A DNA stretch of 1,104 nt, taken from NCBI GenBank assembly GCA_000004985.1, contig GG739559.1; one strand, 5' to 3'. The translations under genes were made by a program, and so were the position numbers. Below are positions 1-1,104 of this stretch, piece after piece (the stretch's first letter is position 1; every line of letters starts with the position of its first letter). This DNA comes from Naegleria gruberi. Its lineage: Eukaryota. The notes under the pieces were generated by a model, which worked only from the letters and a program-made list of their open reading frames with translations, was not told the origin of the DNA and did not search any database.

Positions 1-107
1 ACCACAGATAGTGATGATGTATTTTTTTTGGTAGTTTTATGAAAGCCTTGTCTGGATGCAACCAAGGAAGGCTTGAAAATGATCAGCCGAAGTTAATATG
101 ATAATAA

Positions 108-217
108 AGAATATGTTGGTTACTGATTGTTTATAAGGACTTTTTCAGTTATAAATCTGGAGTATATCATCACGTTTCTGGAAGAATGGTTGGTGCACAT
201 GCCATCAAGATTGTTGG
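108..217 (+). CDS. Cathepsin B-like (papain family C1) cysteine peptidase, internal exon carrying the active-site His region; 5' boundary uncertain and the gene continues upstream of the window
   Basis: Reading the frame whose codons begin at positions divisible by 3 (open from 108) gives [37 protein letters not shown]. This matches the cathepsin B block ...[32 protein letters not shown], including the GxHAI(R/K)I(L/V)GWG signature around the catalytic His. Read without splicing, the frame hits a stop at 252-254. Confidence 0.75.
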
Positions 218-265
218 GTATGTTTTTTTATATTGTTGCAAAATTGTGAAATAACTCTATAATAG
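218..265 (+). other. Spliceosomal intron 1 (48 nt), GTATGT...TAG
   Basis: It begins with GTATGT exactly where cathepsin homology breaks (after ..IVG). It ends ...ATAG immediately before homology resumes (GWGVD...). The length is 3n and it contains an in-frame TAA. A possible branch point is ATAAC about 12 nt before the AG. Confidence 0.6.
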
Positions 266-327
266 ATGGGGAGTTGATTCTGCTTCAAAACTTCCTTATT
301 GGATTTGTGCTAATTCATGGGGAGAAG
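266..327 (+). CDS. Cathepsin B-like cysteine peptidase exon (catalytic Asn/Trp region)
   Basis: Translates with a split Gly codon gg|a as (G)WGVDSASKLPYWICANSWGE. This matches cathepsin B WGVENGTPYWLVANSWN(T/E)DWG. The NSW motif contains the papain-family catalytic Asn. Confidence 0.7.
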
Positions 328-384
328 GTTTGTTTTCTATTTTATTGTCGTTTATCAAGTATTAATCAAAATGTTTGAAACAAG
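328..384 (+). other. Putative intron 2 (57 nt), GTTTGT...CAAG
   Basis: The unspliced frame reads ...WGEGLFSILLSFIKY* with a stop at 363-365. Splicing g|GTTTGT...ACAAG|at restores ...NSWGE-DWG..., which is the conserved spacing of NSWGxDWG. The length is 3n. Support is weaker than for intron 1 because only a 3-residue match follows the junction. Confidence 0.35.
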
Positions 385-410
385 ATTGGGGACTTGAAAA
401 CAGAATGTAA
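385..410 (+). CDS. Cathepsin B-like peptidase, putative terminal exon (DWGLENRM*), stop TAA 408-410
   Basis: After proposed intron 2 the frame reads DWGLENRM then TAA. The expected C-terminal GYFRI...CGIE segment is not found in any frame downstream, so the gene looks truncated (see findings). Confidence 0.35.
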
Positions 411-420
411 AAAAAATATG

Positions 421-432
421 AAAATGACAAAA
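421..432 (-). terminator. Pol III oligo-T terminator of the tRNA gene
   Basis: The minus strand immediately after the acceptor stem reads TTTT G TCA TTTT, so a T4 run begins at the discriminator. A second T4 run follows, and a T6 run lies further on at plus 411-418. Confidence 0.6.
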
Positions 433-520
433 GGCGACTGAGGGAATTGAACCCTCGACCCTCAGTTATCTCAGCATTTCTGCCTACAAGACTGATGCAC
501 TGCCACTGTGCTAAGCCGCC
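432..520 (-). tRNA. tRNA-Thr (anticodon UGU) with 17-nt intron; nuclear Pol III-type gene
   Basis: Minus-strand sequence: GGCGGCT-TA-GCAC-AGTGGCA-GTGC-A-TCAGT-CTTGTA[GGCAGAAATGCTGAGAT]A-ACTGA-GGGTC-GAGGG-TTCAATT-CCCTC-AGTCGCC-T. Acceptor stem is 7 bp with one G-U. D stem is 4 bp. Anticodon stem is 5 bp. The variable loop is 5 nt. T stem is 5 bp with a TTCAATT loop. A box is TAGCACAGTGG and B box is GGTTCAATTCC. U33 and A37 are in place. The loop CTTGTAA is the same as in vertebrate tRNA-Thr(TGT). The discriminator is U. Intron lies at plus 468-484 and the anticodon at plus 486-488. Confidence 0.85.
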
Positions 521-544
521 TTACGATCATATGAAAAAAATATG

Positions 545-557
545 TATATTTATAAGT
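545..557. promoter_or_regulatory. TATA-like element in the divergent tRNA / DUF4116 spacer
   Basis: On the minus strand, TATAAATA sits at -34..-27 relative to tRNA position 1. This is the TATA placement used for tRNA genes in several eukaryotes. On the plus strand the same tract, TATATTTATAAG, lies about 60 nt upstream of the ATG at 615, where a Pol II TATA would be expected. Confidence 0.35.
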
Positions 558-614
558 TCTAAATTGAGGAACTAACATTGGAACAAGAACTTTGTTAAAA
601 ACTTTACAAAAAAA

Positions 615-1091
615 ATGACAACACATTGCACAATTTTGCTTTTAGATTCAAACTGTTCATCACGAATTTTACGAGAAAAATATGACCTGGAAAGAAAGGC
701 TCTCAAGGCAATTCCCTTCTTTTCCGAAATTGCCCAACTATTCGAATTTGATCCGATCATGTATGGACTGGCATTGGAGAGGATGAAGTTGGATAATTTA
801 TTCATCTCTGAGTGTATGAGAAACAATGAAGAGATTATGCTGAAGGCTATCCGATTGGATTTTTGTAGAATTTATGATGCAAGTAATGAATTGAAGAAAA
901 ATCGAGAATTTGTGATGAAGGCTTTGAGAGTGAATGGGAGAGCTTTTGAACTGATGGTAAACGAGTTGCGAAACGATCAAGAATTGGTACGATTGGCTAT
1001 TGAGAATGGATGTGGAGATGCCTTGGAGTTTGCAAATGAAGATCTTAGGTCTGATAGAGAATTAGTGTTGAAGCTATCAGAAATTCGATGA
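615..1091 (+). CDS. DUF4116-type repeat protein (uncharacterised), 158 aa, stop TGA 1089-1091
   Basis: Uninterrupted ORF with an A-rich context before the ATG (acaaaaaaaATGa). The C-terminal 88 aa form tandem units: NEEIMLKAIRLDFCRIYDASNELKK / NREFVMKALRVNGRAFELMVNELR / NDQELVRLAIENGCGDALEFANEDLRS / DRELVLKLSEIR*. These match the DUF4116 hallmarks L-x-x-D and NGxAL, with a conserved E-h-V-h-K-A-h between them. A degenerate unit DLERKALKAIPFF lies at aa 24-36. Confidence 0.8.
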   Translation: MTTHCTILLLDSNCSSRILREKYDLERKALKAIPFFSEIAQLFEFDPIMYGLALERMKLDNLFISECMRNNEEIMLKAIRLDFCRIYDASNELKKNREFVMKALRVNGRAFELMVNELRNDQELVRLAIENGCGDALEFANEDLRSDRELVLKLSEIR

Positions 1092-1104
1092 GTGCTTTTT
1101 CACA

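Noticed and set aside
432-520. Alternative reading of the tRNA as Tyr (GUA), since tRNA-Tyr universally carries an intron and the sequence contains GTA at the right place
   Set aside because: With the only possible 5-bp anticodon stem (TCAGT/ACTGA) the loop register is C-U-UGU-A. GUA would sit at positions 35-37. The 7-nt loop CTTGTAA is identical to tRNA-Thr(UGU) loops.
432-520. tRNA-derived SINE or retrotransposed tRNA pseudogene
   Set aside because: All stems pair and the A and B boxes are intact. The gene has its own upstream TATA and an immediate T-run terminator. There is no downstream tRNA-unrelated SINE body, poly(A) tail or target-site duplication.
529-546. CATATG...ATATG inverted AT-rich element, as a possible hairpin or protein-binding palindrome
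   Set aside because: It is very short and AT-only. CATATG is self-palindromic, and such tracts are abundant by chance at this base composition.
551-560. TAAATTGA, a 7/8 match to the mimivirus early-promoter octamer AAAATTGA, about 55 nt upstream of the DUF4116 ATG (DUF4116 proteins also occur in giant viruses)
   Set aside because: A single-mismatch hit in AT-rich DNA is expected by chance. The neighbouring spliceosomal introns and the Pol III tRNA architecture argue for a cellular eukaryotic nucleus. Kept only as a note.
572-826. 84-aa minus-strand ORF from the six-frame track
   Set aside because: It lies antisense to the 5' part of the DUF4116 CDS and runs across the promoter spacer. The protein is low-complexity and driven by AT-rich codons. 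It has no motif content, and the well-supported plus-strand gene explains the region.
798-980. 60-aa minus-strand ORF
   Set aside because: It is entirely antisense to the DUF4116 repeat region. It is open only because the sense-strand codon bias avoids the complementary stop triplets. It has no independent support.
1-1104. Prokaryotic interpretation (operon, RBS, sigma-70 promoters), CRISPR or tandem DNA repeats
   Set aside because: There are no Shine-Dalgarno motifs before the ATG codons. The cathepsin coding sequence is interrupted by GT-AG segments carrying in-frame stops. The tRNA lacks encoded CCA and has a eukaryotic-position intron. There are no direct repeat-spacer arrays. The only repetition is at the protein level, in the DUF4116 units.

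Overview
The window is AT-rich (roughly one-third GC) and looks like compact eukaryotic nuclear DNA rather than prokaryotic DNA. It carries three genes. (1) Plus strand, about 108-410: the 3'-terminal exons of a cathepsin B-like papain-family (C1) cysteine peptidase. The translation reads ...[27 protein letters not shown] / GWGVDSASKLPYWICANSWGE / DWGLENRM*. The exons are separated by two short GT...AG introns of 48 nt and 57 nt. Both are multiples of 3 and both contain in-frame stops. The protein appears truncated just after the NSWGxDWG motif. (2) Minus strand, 432-520: a Pol III-type tRNA gene with an intact cloverleaf, A and B boxes, and a 17-nt intron between positions 37 and 38. The anticodon loop CTTGTA|intron|A gives anticodon UGU, so this is tRNA-Thr. 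The gene is followed immediately by a T4 terminator and preceded by a TATAAATA element at about -30. (3) Plus strand, 615-1091: a 158-aa ORF made of tandem 24-27-aa DUF4116-type repeats (L-x-x-D-R/Q-E-h-V-h-K-A-h-x-x-N-G-x-x-A-L-E...). The array ends abruptly in the middle of a repeat. The 94-bp spacer between the tRNA and this ORF holds one TATA-like element that could serve both divergent promoters. The two minus-strand ORFs in the provided track are antisense artefacts. I cannot assign an organism from sequence alone; the features fit an AT-rich protist or invertebrate nuclear genome. All homology statements rest on my memory of family motifs, not on searches.
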